Assembly: GCF_009834535.1 (NCBI RefSeq)
Contig: NC_045697.1
Location: 83,950,001-84,014,000 of the forward strand
From: Camelus ferus
Lineage: Eukaryota
Length of the DNA: 64,000 bases
Direction of reading: 5' to 3'
Under the pieces are notes generated by a model, which was given only the letters and a program-made list of their open reading frames with translations, did no database searches and was not told where the DNA came from. A program made the translations under genes and the position numbers. Below are positions 24,895 through 37,814 of the stretch, in pieces; position 1 is the stretch's first letter; each line of letters opens with the position of its first letter.

Positions 24895-25674
24895 TATTCT
24901 AGTGTGTTTTTTTCTAGTGCCACCAAGCATTTCCTCATATCTCAGAAGACACTGACTGAGTGGCCTACAAATTTAACTCAATTCTGATTCTATCAACCTA
25001 GAGATAGTGTCAGATCCCACAAGTTAAGGCTCAGTCCCATAAGACTGCCCCTTCTTCAGAAGCCAGTTGCAAATCTGGATTGTTACCTGTGCTTCTGACT
25101 GGTTATAAATTGAAGGTTCCCAAGACTCTCTCTTAAGTTTGATTAACTTGCTAGAGTAGCTCATAGAACTCAGAGCAACATTTAATTACGCTTACCAGTT
25201 TATTATGAAAGATATTGTAGAGGATATAGATGAACAGCCAGATGAAGAGGTACATAGGGCAAGGTCAAGAAGGGTCCTGGGTGCAGTTGCTTCTGTCCCT
25301 ATGGAGTTAGGGTACACCACCCTCCCAGCAAGTGATGTGTTCACCAACCTGGAAGCTTATCAAATCTTGTCATTCAAGAGTTTTTATAGAGTTTAATCTG
25401 CAGCACCCCCTTCCATTTCTAAGAAATCAGTGGGTGAGGTTGAAATTTCCAGCCCTTTAATCACTTGCTCTTTCTGGTGACCAGCCCCATCTTGAGGCTA
25501 TCTAGGCGGCCCACTCTAAGTCACCTCATTAGATAAAAAGCTCCTTATGAGTAACAAAAGACACTCCTATCACTCAGGAAATCCCAACGATTTAGGAGTT
25601 TTGTGCCAAACTCTGCCTTCAGTGAAGTACAGGTACTAGGGACAAAGACCAAATATATTTCTTATTATACCACA
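24895..25674 (-). mobile_element. Solo ERV LTR, MER21-like, inserted into an L2 element
   Basis: gatagtgtcagatcccacaagttaaggctcagtcccataagactgcccc; gatgaacagccagatgaagaggtacatagggcaaggtc; terminus gggacaaagaccaaatatatttcttattataccaca. Possible 5-bp TSD agtac/agtat. L2 sequence continues on both sides. Confidence 0.8.
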
Positions 25675-25889
25675 AGTATGCTAGATTCTGGGGTGAATAA
25701 GACATTGTCTTTGCTCTTAAAAAGTTAAACTTGCATGGGAGAGGCAGAGTCACAACTATTAAAGAAGGTGACAAAGTTTTAAGGAGAGGAATATACAATA
25801 CATTATGAAATAAAAATCATGAATAAATTAGTTCTGCATGTAGCATCAGGGGACAATACAGAGGAGTCACCATTCAAATTGGACCTTGA

Positions 25890-25996
25890 GAGTATGAAAA
25901 CAAATATATGTATGTATATATATGACTGAACTATTATGCTGTACACCAGAAATCGACACAACATTGTAAACTGACTATACTTCAATTAAAAAAAAA
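25890..25996 (+). mobile_element. Very short L1 3'-end insertion, same family as 18937-20626
   Basis: tgactgaactattatgctgtacaccagaaatcgacacaacattgtaaactgactatacttcaattaaaaaaaaa is nearly identical to 20557-20626. Degenerate TSD caaattggaccttga / caaactggatattga. Confidence 0.88.
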
Positions 25997-26227
25997 CCCA
26001 AAACAAACTGGATATTGAACTGGACAAAGACATCCAGGCCTAGGGAATACATTCAACATGGATACAAGAGCATGCAAGAGTGTGGCTTGGTAAATGAACA
26101 GCAATCAACTTCAGAGACTAGCCTCTTCTGAGAAATTACTCAGTTCCTGTGCTATAATGATCTCTTTTAATGAGTATTGGATAAATCTCACTGAATTATG
26201 TATAAGACAGAATTCAATCAGATACTG

Positions 26228-26520
26228 TTCAGAATGACCCTCTTTGATGTTTGGGCCTTCTTTCTTTCATTGTTTTGTTCTTTATGCTTATATAGAAGCT
26301 CTTGGCATGTTCCTATGAGAACATTCAAAACTCTACACTCATTTTCCATAGTTTGCATTAAGTCTTTGTGTCAAATTCAAAAGGAAAACTCTTTATGAGA
26401 AAGGCTATAATGAAGGTCTTGCCAATCACTCTCATGGAAAGTGTTATAAGATACCAAATTTTAGAATCTCTTAAGTTTGTTAACTGAGAAGTTGAGAAGA
26501 ACCAGGGATTAAAAGTCACT
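26228..26520 (+). repeat. Diverged local duplication, copy B
   Basis: Same collinear blocks as copy A at 23620-23910. Confidence 0.88.
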
Positions 26521-26589
26521 ATCTTCTTCCTTTCAAATGCATCATCTTATTTCTTACGAACTCTTTCTCTCAAATTTTCATTAAAGATT

Positions 26590-27310
26590 TTAAAACAGGA
26601 GACTGGCACGATCTGATGCATGCTTAGAAAGATAGTAATGTGGAGATGGATTGAAGGGCAGAGCTTGAAGGATGGAGAACAATTAGGGGGTGGTTATAAT
26701 AACTCGAGTGAGACTCTAGAGTAGCTAAGAGCACTGGGGCTGAAAAAGAAGAAACATAGACAAATTAGAAAGATATAGATGTAGATGGCAAGAATAGGGG
26801 AAGAGTGGACTGTAGTGTGGAGGTTTTATATTGGAAGACAAAGATGTAGGTAGCATTTACTGAAAGATTTCACAGGAGGGTGAGGAGCAGTTATGGGGAA
26901 AAGAAAATAAATTTAATTCTAAATAAATTGAATTTGAGTTATCTATTGGATACACAGAAGGAAATATGTAATGAAGAGTTAAAAGTGTGGGTCTGGGCTC
27001 AAGAGAGTGACCAGTACTAGACATTATCTGGGGAAATAGCTAAAATACATGAGGCAAGAAGCAAAGAGGACAGAGGACAGAATCTTGGGGAAGACCAATA
27101 TATACAGCTTGGGCAAGAAAAAGGATGGTAAGACCATATATTTGACAAGTAGGAGGTTTTGGGTGATTGTTTCTTAATAGAATGCCAGGGATGGAAGCCA
27201 CACAGTAGTTGGCTGGGAAGTGAACGGGAATTAGAGGAGAACAGGTGGAGATGCAAACGTAGACGATTATATTTGAAGTTCAGCAGCAAAGAAAGAAAGT
27301 GAATAGGATG
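26590..27310 (-). mobile_element. L2 LINE fragment
   Basis: ttttaaaacaggagactggcacgatctgatgcatgcttagaaagat and tgaatttgagttatctattggatac are antisense L2 phrases. Confidence 0.6.
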
Positions 27311-27749
27311 TGACGGATGAGAAAACAGAAAAAAAATGAAGATGGCATCTATTTGAGGGAAAAGATGTTCCAGGAAAGTGTTTTTTAAAATACTGGAAGG
27401 AGAAAGAGAAAGACAAAGTAGTTACTCCTATAGCAAAGTTAGAGTTGTCTGGGAACGATTAAATCCATTGAACTTAGTGCTAAATATGTTTATATTTTAT
27501 ATATTTTACTTTGATATTTGGAAGTATTCTTTAAATGGTATAAAATATTTGATGTACAAAATCTGACAAAGAACAGAAAAACAAACAAGGTCATTATTTG
27601 TTCTTTAAAAAAATGCCTTCTAAAGTGTTTTAGCCATAAAGTGTGAATTTTTATTTACTTAAATTAAAATTTATTTTTAATTTGGACAACAGGAGCACAG
27701 AATTGGAATAATTATAACTCTTGGTTCATAGCACATTTCTTAAGCTATT

Positions 27750-28830
27750 TTTAATAATGTCATACACACATATGACCCCCAATTCCCTAACCAAAAACTA
27801 AAAAAACCCTACATCTAACATTATGGGCTGGCACCTCTCAATATATCACTCTGCCTCTCCTGACTTGAGGTAAGCATCATCCTGAATTCTGTCTTCATCA
27901 TTACTTGCCTTTCTTTTTATATAATTTTATTGAATATTTATGCACTCTTAACCAGTATTTTAATTTTAGTTGCTTTTAACTTTATAAAAAAGGCATCATG
28001 CTGTTATAGTCTTTGGAGACTTGGTTTTTCTTACTTAAGACATTGTCACAGGATAGATCCACATGGCTGCAACTCATTCATTTGTTTTGTCTGATGTATA
28101 ATATTCCACTGTGTGAGTATCCCACAGTTTATTTACCATTTTCTTGTCGAGGGGCATGTGGGCTGCCCCAGGTTTTTGCTGTTTTGAGCAGTGCTACTAG
28201 AATACGTCTTCTGTTGCATGTGGGCAAGGGCTTCTTTTTAGCTGTATTCCCAGGAGTGGAATTGCTCATAGGTTTGTAAATGATCAGGTTTAGGAGAAAA
28301 TGCCAAACTCTTTTTCAAACTGATGCATAATTTTAGAATTCTACCAGCAATGCATGAGGTACATGTAGCTCCATGTCTTCTCCAACACTTGATCAGACTT
28401 TTTAATTTTTGCCGTTCTTCTGGGTATAAAATGATCTCTTTGGGGTCCTGATTTGTATTTCTCCAATCACAGGTGATATGAATATCTCTTCACTTGTTTA
28501 TTGTGTGTTTTCTCTTCAGTGAATTGCCTATTCATATCTTCAGAATATTTTTCTTTTAGATTATTTGTGCTTTTTGTCGTGATTAGTACAAGTACTTTAG
28601 CTATTCTTCATATTAAACCTTGTCAGTTGGATGTATAGTGAATGACCTCCCAAATTGATAACCTGTCTTTTCATGTTATTTAAGCTTTCATTTTATGAAC
28701 AACAGTTTCAGTATAGCCAAGTGTATTAATTCTTTTCTTTTACAATTAATGCTTTTGGGTCTTGTTACAGAAATCTTTTATTATGCTGAAGTCTAAGAAA
28801 TATACACGTATTTTCTATAAGATCTTGGGT
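27750..28830 (-). mobile_element. Old L1 (L1ME/L1MD-like) fragment
   Basis: tataatattccactgtgtgagtatcccacagtttatttaccatt; cccaggagtggaattgct; ccagcaatgcatgagg and ctccaacacttg. Confidence 0.75.
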
Positions 28831-29182
28831 TTTCTAATTATTATTTAAAATGTTTTTTCTAAGATGTTTTACTAGATATATTTTTTATGATAAACTTTTT
28901 ATTTTTCTTAAATAATGCTGTTCTTTAAATTCTAGAACACTCCTGCTGCTTTCAAAAAACCTGTTTTAATCATCTTGGAGATTAGAAATAATTTGGTTAA
29001 AAACAAACAACCCCCTCCTCAAATTCGGAAAATTCAACAATTCAGTATTGCAGTTCTCTAATGAATAATGGCATCACAGTGTTGTGACAATAGCTGGGAA
29101 TCAAGTTTTTTAAGTTTGAATTCTTCAGCTGTAGCTTTATTATTTGGATAAGCAGCAAAGAATTTAGTAAAAACAAAAGCTG

Positions 29183-29639
29183 TTTTTTTTTAATTGAAGT
29201 ATAGTCAGTTTAAAATGTGTTAATTTCTGGCATACAGCATGTTTCAGTCATACATACACATACATATATTTCATCTCATATTCTTTTTCATTGTAGGTTA
29301 CTATAAGATAGTGAATATAGTTCCCTGTGCTACACCGTATAAACTTGTTGTTTATTTATCTTATATATAGTAATTAGTATCTGCAAGTACTGAACTCCCA
29401 GTTTATCCCTTCCCATCCCCTTTGCCCCCTGCTAACCATAAGTTTGTTCTCTATGTCTGTGAGTCTGTTTTGTTTTGTAAATAAGTTCATTTGTGTCTTT
29501 TAAAAAAGTATTCCACATATAAGTGATATCATGTGGTATTTTTCTCTATCTGGCTTACTTCACTTAGAATGATGATCTCCAGGTCATCCATGTTATAGCA
29601 AAGGACATTTCATTCTTTTTTATGGCTGAGTAGTATTCC

Positions 29640-29692
<53 letters not shown>

Positions 29693-30369
29693 ACATATAT
29701 ATATATACTACATCTTCTTTATTCATTCATCTATTAGTAGACATTTAGGTTTCTTCCATGTCTTGGCTATTGTAAATAGTGCTGCTGTCAATATTGGGGT
29801 GCATGTGTCTTTTCAAATTAGAGTTTTCTCTGGATATATGCCCAGGAGTGGGATTGCTGGATCATATGGTAAGTCTGTTTTTAGTTTCTTAAGGGAACTT
29901 CATACTGTTCTCCATAGTGGCTGCACCAATTTACATCCCCACCAACAGCATAGGTGTTTCTTTTCTCCACACCCTCTCCAGCATTTATCATTTGTGGACT
30001 TTCTGATGATGGCGATTCTGACTGGTGTGAGGTGCTACCTCGTTGTAGTTTGATTTGCATTTTTCTGACAATTAGTGATGCCTATGCTTCATGTGCCTGT
30101 TTGCCATCTGGATGTCTTCTTTGGAGCTGCTTGTATATTTTGGAGATTAGTCCCTTTTCGGTCTCATCATTTGCAAATATTTTCTCCCATTCTGTAGGTT
30201 GTCTTTTCATTTTGTTGGTGGTATCCTTAGCTGTGCAAAAACTTTTAAGTTTAATTAGGTCCCACTTGTTTGTTTTTGCTTTTATTTCCATTACTCTAGG
30301 AGCTGAATTAAAAAAAAAATACTGCTGCAATTTATGTCAAAGAGTGTTCTGCCTATGTTTTCCTCCAGG
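29183..30369 (-). mobile_element. LINE-1, 5'-truncated, antisense, same family as 18937-20626
   Basis: Poly-T, then aattgaagtatagtcagttt (3' end). The minus-strand ORF 30082-30330 contains [33 protein letters not shown] (L1 ORF2p). Internal (TG)24 and a 70-nt internal deletion. Confidence 0.95.
29642..29708. repeat. (TG)24 microsatellite followed by ACAC(AT)n, inside the L1
   Basis: Read directly. Confidence 0.95.
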
Positions 30370-32239
30370 AGAAAACCTGGTTTTATATTAGCTAGATGTA
30401 TATGCTTATGTGTGTCCCTTACTACAGGTAACTTCCAGGCAGCAACAGTAAAAATATTTCAATCTGTGAGAATGGACTTGTGTTACTAAATAAACATCAA
30501 TTATTTGTGCTTTACTTTAAAAGAATTTCATTATGCCAGGAGTCATTTTTCTAATTCATCCTAAGACACTGAAAAAAAGTTTAGTGACATGCATATTTTA
30601 GAATAATGTAGGGAGAATAAAGCAATTGCAAAATATTTGGAAAAACAGCTAAATGTCAAGCCTCCATATACTACAGTTTTATATTCTCTTTCTTTTCAAA
30701 ATTTTCTTCTTATTCAGAGAATGAGAAGAGTTAGAGAGAAGTCCAAACTGAAGTAACAGTTTTCCTATCAAATTGTAGAGTTAGGCAGAGAGGAGTTAAT
30801 TGAATGGTGCCCGCTGCATGGCCTTATTTTTTACAATCTTACCATTCAGATTTCTGTACAGATTCTGTGCAAATACAAATTCCATATTTAATATGTTTCC
30901 TAGAAACTGCAAGTTCTCTCTTTTTTTACTTTTAAAAACAAATTTCTTTAACATAGTAGCCAAAATAGAGTTCCAAGCTGGGAACAGACTTTTTCACGTT
31001 TGCAGAGAAAGAAATGTCCTTTTATTTTACCATTTCACACATGCCCAGTTGCATATGTTTATGTAAAATGTTTATGTATAACAGATTATGACATAGGAGA
31101 AATATTAAACGAACCTACAAATGTATTTGGCCTGATGGCTCATCCAACAGACCTGTATTTTATGGTATTCTCTTTTTTGGTTGTTGAGAATATGCTCAAA
31201 TAGAAATGGACAGAGGTTTATCTCTAGAAACAGGTTTGATTTCCTTAAAAGGCAGTTGTTTCTTTTTCCCTTTGCTTCTCTGGAGAATTGGCTACAAACT
31301 GGGAATAGTTATCCTATGACTCATTTACAGAGCTGCACTACAGCATATAGAGTTCAGATAAAATTATAATGAAACAGACCCTAATTAGATTGTGTGGAAC
31401 AAGAGATTTTTAAATGGAAATTTTCTGGATTGCATCTTCCTAAATCTACCTTGTAGATGAAATACGCTGTTTCCTATTTTTAAAAAAAAGACTTAATCCA
31501 AACATTGGGGTAAGATTTTCACTTGCCTTTTTAACTCAATATATCTAGTTTTTGTATTTGCCAAAAGACATGACATGTATTGTTGTGTTAGGTGATTACT
31601 GGGTAAATTAGAAATGATTTAATCTTGTTCAAGTGTCTCAAAGGTAATGCAATGACTATTTTAGATTCCAAAGTCCATCAAATTGCATATAAAAATATAA
31701 TTGTATCAACCAAACTGCAGAGCTTAAAATTAAGACTATTATAAAATTAAATATACATTTTAAGATTTCTGTAGCAGTATCAAACAGAAATGCCCTTTGC
31801 CAGTTTTAGCACATTGTTCCCTGTGTGTATGTACTCTTTGAAAATGCAGACACTGCTTTACTCACATGCACAAAGTGAGATCCTTAAAAAATACTTGTTG
31901 AATATTTATTCAAAAAGACTTTCTTATTGAATACTTTCATTAAGTGAGGGAGAGCGAATGTAAGGCACAAATGTGACAGAAAGTGCTAATAGATCATGAC
32001 ACTTATACTTCAGAGCCTGGACTGGGCTTCCTTATCTATCAAGCTTCTGCCCTGCCAGCTATTTGAAATTAATTGGAGTTGGACTTTGACCCACATCTCT
32101 TTGCAGTCACTGTACTTTGTCATTGTTTCCCCTCATATTTTGGCTACTTTTACATAACGAAGTAATTAAATTGAAAAGAGAAAAATGTATTCATCTGAGC
32201 ATCAGCTTTAAAAACTGTTTTGGTGTCAATAAACAGCAA

Positions 32240-33220
32240 TTAAGGGCTCACCAGGAATCAAACTAGGCTCTTTGCAGGCTCCATGCAAAGATGAATATCA
32301 TAAAGTTCTCCTCTTAAAAAAGCTTGCATTATAGAGGGAGTCAAATATGTGATGCAATTTGTGTGTTATTGTTAGAAGATGGTGTAGGGGACAGTGGAGG
32401 CACAAAGGGAGACACAAAAGGATGATCAGAATGTTTTCTAGAAGATGAAATACATAAATTGAAGCTTGAAATATAAGAAGGTTTCTCTCAGGATGGAGCA
32501 GGGGTGGTCACATGAAGTGGTCTAGGAACAGCCTTGAGGCATAAACCAGCATGGCCAGTCAAGATCCTCTGAGTGCAGGAGTTTGCTACAGAGCAGTGGT
32601 GTGTAATTGTGTGGGGCAGGCTGAGGGTGGGGAGCAGCAGACAAAACATATATTTGGGGAGTTAGGCAGGAGCTACATCATGAAAAGACTCGTGGCCTCT
32701 AAGAAGTTAGAATTTTTAAAAAGCAATGGGAATCCATTAAAAGCATTTTACATGTTTAAGGAATAATACGCTCAACCCATGGAGATAGGATTGGTTGGGT
32801 GAGAGAACCAAAGGCTGGGAGAGCAGTTATGATTATTGTCCTAGTAGAGGGGACAGAGGATGAGGGGTAGAAAAAAGAGATGAAGACCGTTGATCAAGAT
32901 AGTTAGATTCTGTAGGAATGGGTGGTTGAAGGGATTTGGGAGGTAGCGAAGGAGAAAGAGGAATCTGAGCTGACTTGGGTGGGTAAGTGAGCACATTTTA
33001 GTGTCATTCTTGGAGACAGTGACTACAGAGGAAGGAACAGGTGTACAAGAAAGATGAGTATACTTTTATGCATTTGAAGTGGGAGGTTCCTGGAGGCCAT
33101 CCACAGTGTCTTGTCAGCAAGTGTGCATAAGGATCCTGAAGTCAGGGAAAGGGATGGATTTGGAATTCATCTGTGTGCAGCTGGTGGTTGAAGTCATTGG
33201 AGTGGGTGAAATCACCCACG
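32240..33220 (-). mobile_element. L2 LINE fragment
   Basis: ggagttaggcaggagctacatcatgaaaagactc, gcaatgggaatccattaaaagcatttta, and tggtggttgaagtcattggagtgggtgaaatcaccca. Confidence 0.7.
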
Positions 33221-33759
33221 TCATGAAAAATAACTTTTATCTAAGTGATCCAGCCTCACACAGATTAGAGTCGATACAACAGTTCTTGGCACCTACAGTG
33301 GGCACACTACCAGGTACTTGTTCTGTCCTGGACCACACATGGGCTCTCAGAATAAAATAACTCACTGCGGAACACAGGAAAGGCAATCGTTCCCTAGGCG
33401 TTCTCTCTCTAAACTGTAAAGTAATTTAACCATCAAGAAAACTCTTTGTAGTTTTAGTGTGATATAATAAGAAATATGTGTTTCATACTCCAGCTTTATT
33501 AAAATTGCATACTGGAACAATTTTGCTGAGGGTGAAATAAATCTTAAGTCAAAAGAATATTTTCAAAATACACATATGAAACCACTTCTTTTTTGGACAC
33601 CAATCTAATCATGGAATAACCAGGCAGTAGGTGGGCACACTGGCCAGTTCAGTAATAATCTCATCTGCCCAAGGAAGATTGTTAATAAAATCCACCTACA
33701 TTCTTTACCTAGCCTTTAAATGTTGGTATTCTGTAAGGGTTCATGGTCAGCTCACTGCC

Positions 33760-34455
33760 TTCTCACTCAATACACTACCCCTCAGAGATAATTGTGTTCT
33801 CAGAGGTTCTACTGCCCTTATATGATAATGCTGTCTACATCTCTGTCTCTAGCCCAGATCTTACCTTCAGATCTATCCTCTACACAGCTGCCAGCTGTTG
33901 TGATGTTGTATAAAACCCCTACTGGCCCGTGCTACTTTCCTGATTAAAACTCTTTAGTGTTCCCTCATCCCTTTCAGAATAAAGCCAATGCTCTTTAATT
34001 TTGGGAAAAGGGATCCTTTATCAGTGATGCTCTAATTCCCCAGCCTTATCTTAAAAAAAAATTTATTTGAGCTTTAAACTCCAGTAACACCAATTCTTTA
34101 TAGTTACTCTTTACATATATGCATATATATGTTTATACTTATATATATGCTTTTTTTGATCATCTGTCTTCACTCTTGCTTCTCCCTCAATATACAATTC
34201 TTTCCCTCCTCCACCTGGCAAACTTCTGTCACCTCCTCAGAGGTGAGGTGTCTTGGCCCTGAGTGAATTACCTCAGTATTTTCACAATACTCAGTGCACA
34301 CCATTGCCACTTAACACATTGTTTCAAAATTACCTGTTTATATGGCTGTTTCCTTCACTGTCCTGGGAGCACCCTGAGGGTAGGGACTGTATCCTGTTTA
34401 TCTTTGCATCCTTAGTGTGAGGCATATGCTCATAGAGTGGTTAAATAAATGAGGA
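33760..34455 (+). mobile_element. L2 LINE fragment including the 3' end
   Basis: ctctgtctctagcccagatct; cctgagggtagggactgtatcctgtttatctttgcatcc; ttaaataaatga. Confidence 0.65.
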
Positions 34456-35149
34456 AGGAGTGAAGGTCAAAGGAAAAGTCACATGGAAAACACTTTGTAT
34501 GTAAGTTTAATTTTTTAGCCACTTAGTAATTCCAGTTAACCATGTGCAGATTTGTTACTGTCAGATTCTTTTTGTTACCAGCCCTAATCAGATACCATCT
34601 GAAGTGGACATACCTCTGCACCATGAACAGGGCTGTTTCGTTTCCTCAAGAAATCCTTCAGTTTTGGAGAAACAAAAAAGATTGGTTTTCTGCTTCAAGA
34701 CCTGTTGGCAGATGATCCCTTCTGCAAGTGAAAACATGCTGTGTTGGTGGTGCTCCTCACTTAATCCTTCTAAAGAATTCCCTGAGGAAACTCCAACGGT
34801 TTACTTTCTAGCCTGACAGGCTGGTCAAATAGGCTTTGCTCTTAACCCTTTTCTGCCTATATATTCATAGGACCTATGTATTTTCTACCTACATATTCTA
34901 TTAGGACCTGCATGTTTATACAAAGAGACATGCCATTCCTTTTTTTAAAAAAATAAAACCAAAGAGGGTTAACAGCCTTTTCCAGTATATTTCCAGTAAA
35001 ATTCCACTCCTGGCATTTTCTGATTTCTGTTAGTTGTGACCATAAGGCTGCTATTGTAATAGGATAGAGAGACAGATTGTTGGCCTTCATTTTAAACTCC
35101 AAGGAAAAGTGTCCTGTAAGAGTCACTTTTGTTTAGGGATCTCAGAAAG

Positions 35150-35505
35150 CTAAGAAGCTCAGGCTGTCAAGAAGAAACAAGATCTTTTTACTGGAAGTAT
35201 CATCTACATAGTCCAGTTTAGCCATACTTGGACTAGCTGGCCTTATCTATGCATGTATCTTTAATTATACAAATATGCTAAAAGCACAGAGTAAATCTTT
35301 TAAATAAAACAATCTCATGGATACATAATAAAGGAACTGCAGTATCTCAGTTCCTTGCATATATTTTGGGGGAAAAAAGTCTTCTCTGCCATACACACAG
35401 CATGGTGGCAACTTCATTAAATTGGTGTTTTAGCCGAATTTCACACATAATATGTAGTCTAAGAGCCCAAATATGACCTTGAAGGTTGCTTCCCAGCTCT
35501 AAATA
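35150..35505 (+). mobile_element. L3/CR1 3' fragment
   Basis: Ends atgaccttgaaggttgcttcccagctctaa, a CR1-like 3' terminus. Highly degenerate. Confidence 0.4.
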
Positions 35506-37814
35506 TAAACAAGATTAATTGATCTGTGTCGTCCCTCCCAGAACACAGCTGCTGACTGTTGAGTGCAGCTGAGGATATGCCCGCAGACTGCAAACCCACT
35601 GGCCAGGATACTGGCTTTTAACATTCCCCATAGCCCTTGTGCTCCCCTACAAGGGAGCTCCTTTCCTTAGCTTCTTGAACCTCTTCTTATGAAAAATTCC
35701 TTGCATGAGGAAAGGACAGCTATCTCAACAGGCTACACTCAAACACACACACACAAAACAAAAACCACCTGAGTTCATGTGGCAACAAGTTTTTCAAGAA
35801 AGTCTTAAGGGATTGTTACTCTAAGTTTCAATTAATGCTGATGTCAGTGGGGATAATTTGCCCTTTTATGTAATTTTTGTGTCAGCACACATGTAGTTGA
35901 CAGGAGCTGCCTAGATACATCAGATTTTACACATCTTTCAGTAGATCAAAACTTTAGATGTGAAAGGCAGTACCTGGGGGCTTTGTGTGGGTGTGTAGCA
36001 TTCCCCAGTGGATTAAGGGCCAACAGATCAATGCAAAATTACAGACATGTATCAAAAACAACCCCTTCTGTCACAGGTATGCCCTTACTTCAGGACTGGA
36101 CAGGTCTGCAGGAAATCTGTGCCTGCCCCCCCCCCCCTTTTTTTTCAGAGCATGGGGATCTTGAATTAGCAGAAGAGGATCTTGTGGCATGATTGTGATG
36201 AGGAATATAGAAAGTTTTAAATTGGCATTGCCTTTTAGGGGTTATCATTTGGGGAGGAACAAAGCCATGAGCATTCTGAGTTAATTCATTAGTGATAATA
36301 ACATGGCTCTTAAGAGGGTAGAAATATTTCCCCAAACATGTACCTTATGCATCGGCAACATAGAAGCCAATAGGGGATTCACAGCAAAAACGGCCAGGAC
36401 CCTGCTCAGTGTTGGATGGGTTGTGCCTGCTGGCATTTCCTCTCCTGTCCCTGTGCATTCATGCCCACCTTCTTAGGCACTTCACATGGCCATCTGCACT
36501 GGTCCTGAGATGTATGACACACCATCTCTGTGTAGATGTGGTGAAGGGCTGAAGAATCTCTAGAAACATAGAGGCATTTTCTTTCAGATTCTGTCTTCTC
36601 TGCCAAGTAAATAAAGCTCAGTCCTTAGAATGTGACAGTCTGTCCTGCTGGCATCCCCACTGCTTTAAAAGGAGTTTTTCCTCTAGACCACTTTCCATAC
36701 AATGAAGCAGCTTCTCTCCAATCCTGTTTCTGTCAATCTCTCAGTTGCAAAAGTCCAAATATTGTGCATTGAAACTGAGTAGACAACATATTACTAGGAT
36801 TTGGAAAACTGTTCTGCAAATCGCCATCCTAAGCGCATAAAACTAATGTACAGCCTTTGTAGCTGTAGCAATCCAATAACTGAGTTGTTCTTGGAGTGAG
36901 AGTGATTCTTCTTCTCCTTGCATGGGATATGCTCCCAGCTGCACTGATAATTTCATTGCATGGTGAGATGTAACACTTTGCTGGAATATCTGTTTACAGT
37001 CTAATTTTGTGGAGGGCCCCAAAGTTTCAAAAATGTGGTTATTTCAGTGCCATGGTAACTAAATAAATGTGTGTTAGGGAGGCATCAGGATGGAAAATAT
37101 TGCTGACAGAAGACAACCCATGGAAATAACAATTTCATTACCTGGACTCACTAGCATATGAAGCATCAGACAGGATTTGCTACCTAGACTCACCAGGTAG
37201 TAATATGCCAACCTCGAACCACATGGCTGTTGGCCTTAAAAGCCCAACCTACTTGGAAATAATGCATTGATTTTTTTTTTCCAGCCCTAAAAGCCCACTC
37301 CAGTAACTGCATTTTTTTTGCTAGTCATAGTTCATTGTCATCACCTAAGTATCAGGCACTCCACCTTTAATATAGGCCCCAGGTATCAGAGTTTATAATC
37401 TGTGTCATTCTTTCTTACTCTTTAAGGCTGTTGTGTGAGGACAAAAGCCTAAATATCTTGGGCTCCATAGCCTTCCCAGAGCAACATTTATTACCTTTAG
37501 GCTCATTAGAGTCTAACCCTAATAGGGATCCTGAATGTAGCTGTATTTAATTATTATTAAAATCACTGGGTCAGTTTAATTCTATCTCCAGTATATTCAG
37601 AGGAAAAGGAAGGGTGAACTACTTTAAGGATAAGTAAGAGTTCTCCATAAACAGGGGTGTTATGTGTCATTGTACCTCTGCCCAGCTGGGTCTGGGTAAC
37701 AATTATGGACAACCTGATACGGAGTTGGTGCCTTGAAATCTCAGTGTGACAATTTCCCAACTTGCTGTTGCAGAATTCCAAGATGTCTTTTAAATGTCTA
37801 AGAAGTGCCAAGGT

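Noticed and set aside
30405..30433. Possible recursive splice site CAG|GTAACT
   Set aside because: Short, weak polypyrimidine tract and a suboptimal donor. Such words arise by chance, and there is no RNA evidence.
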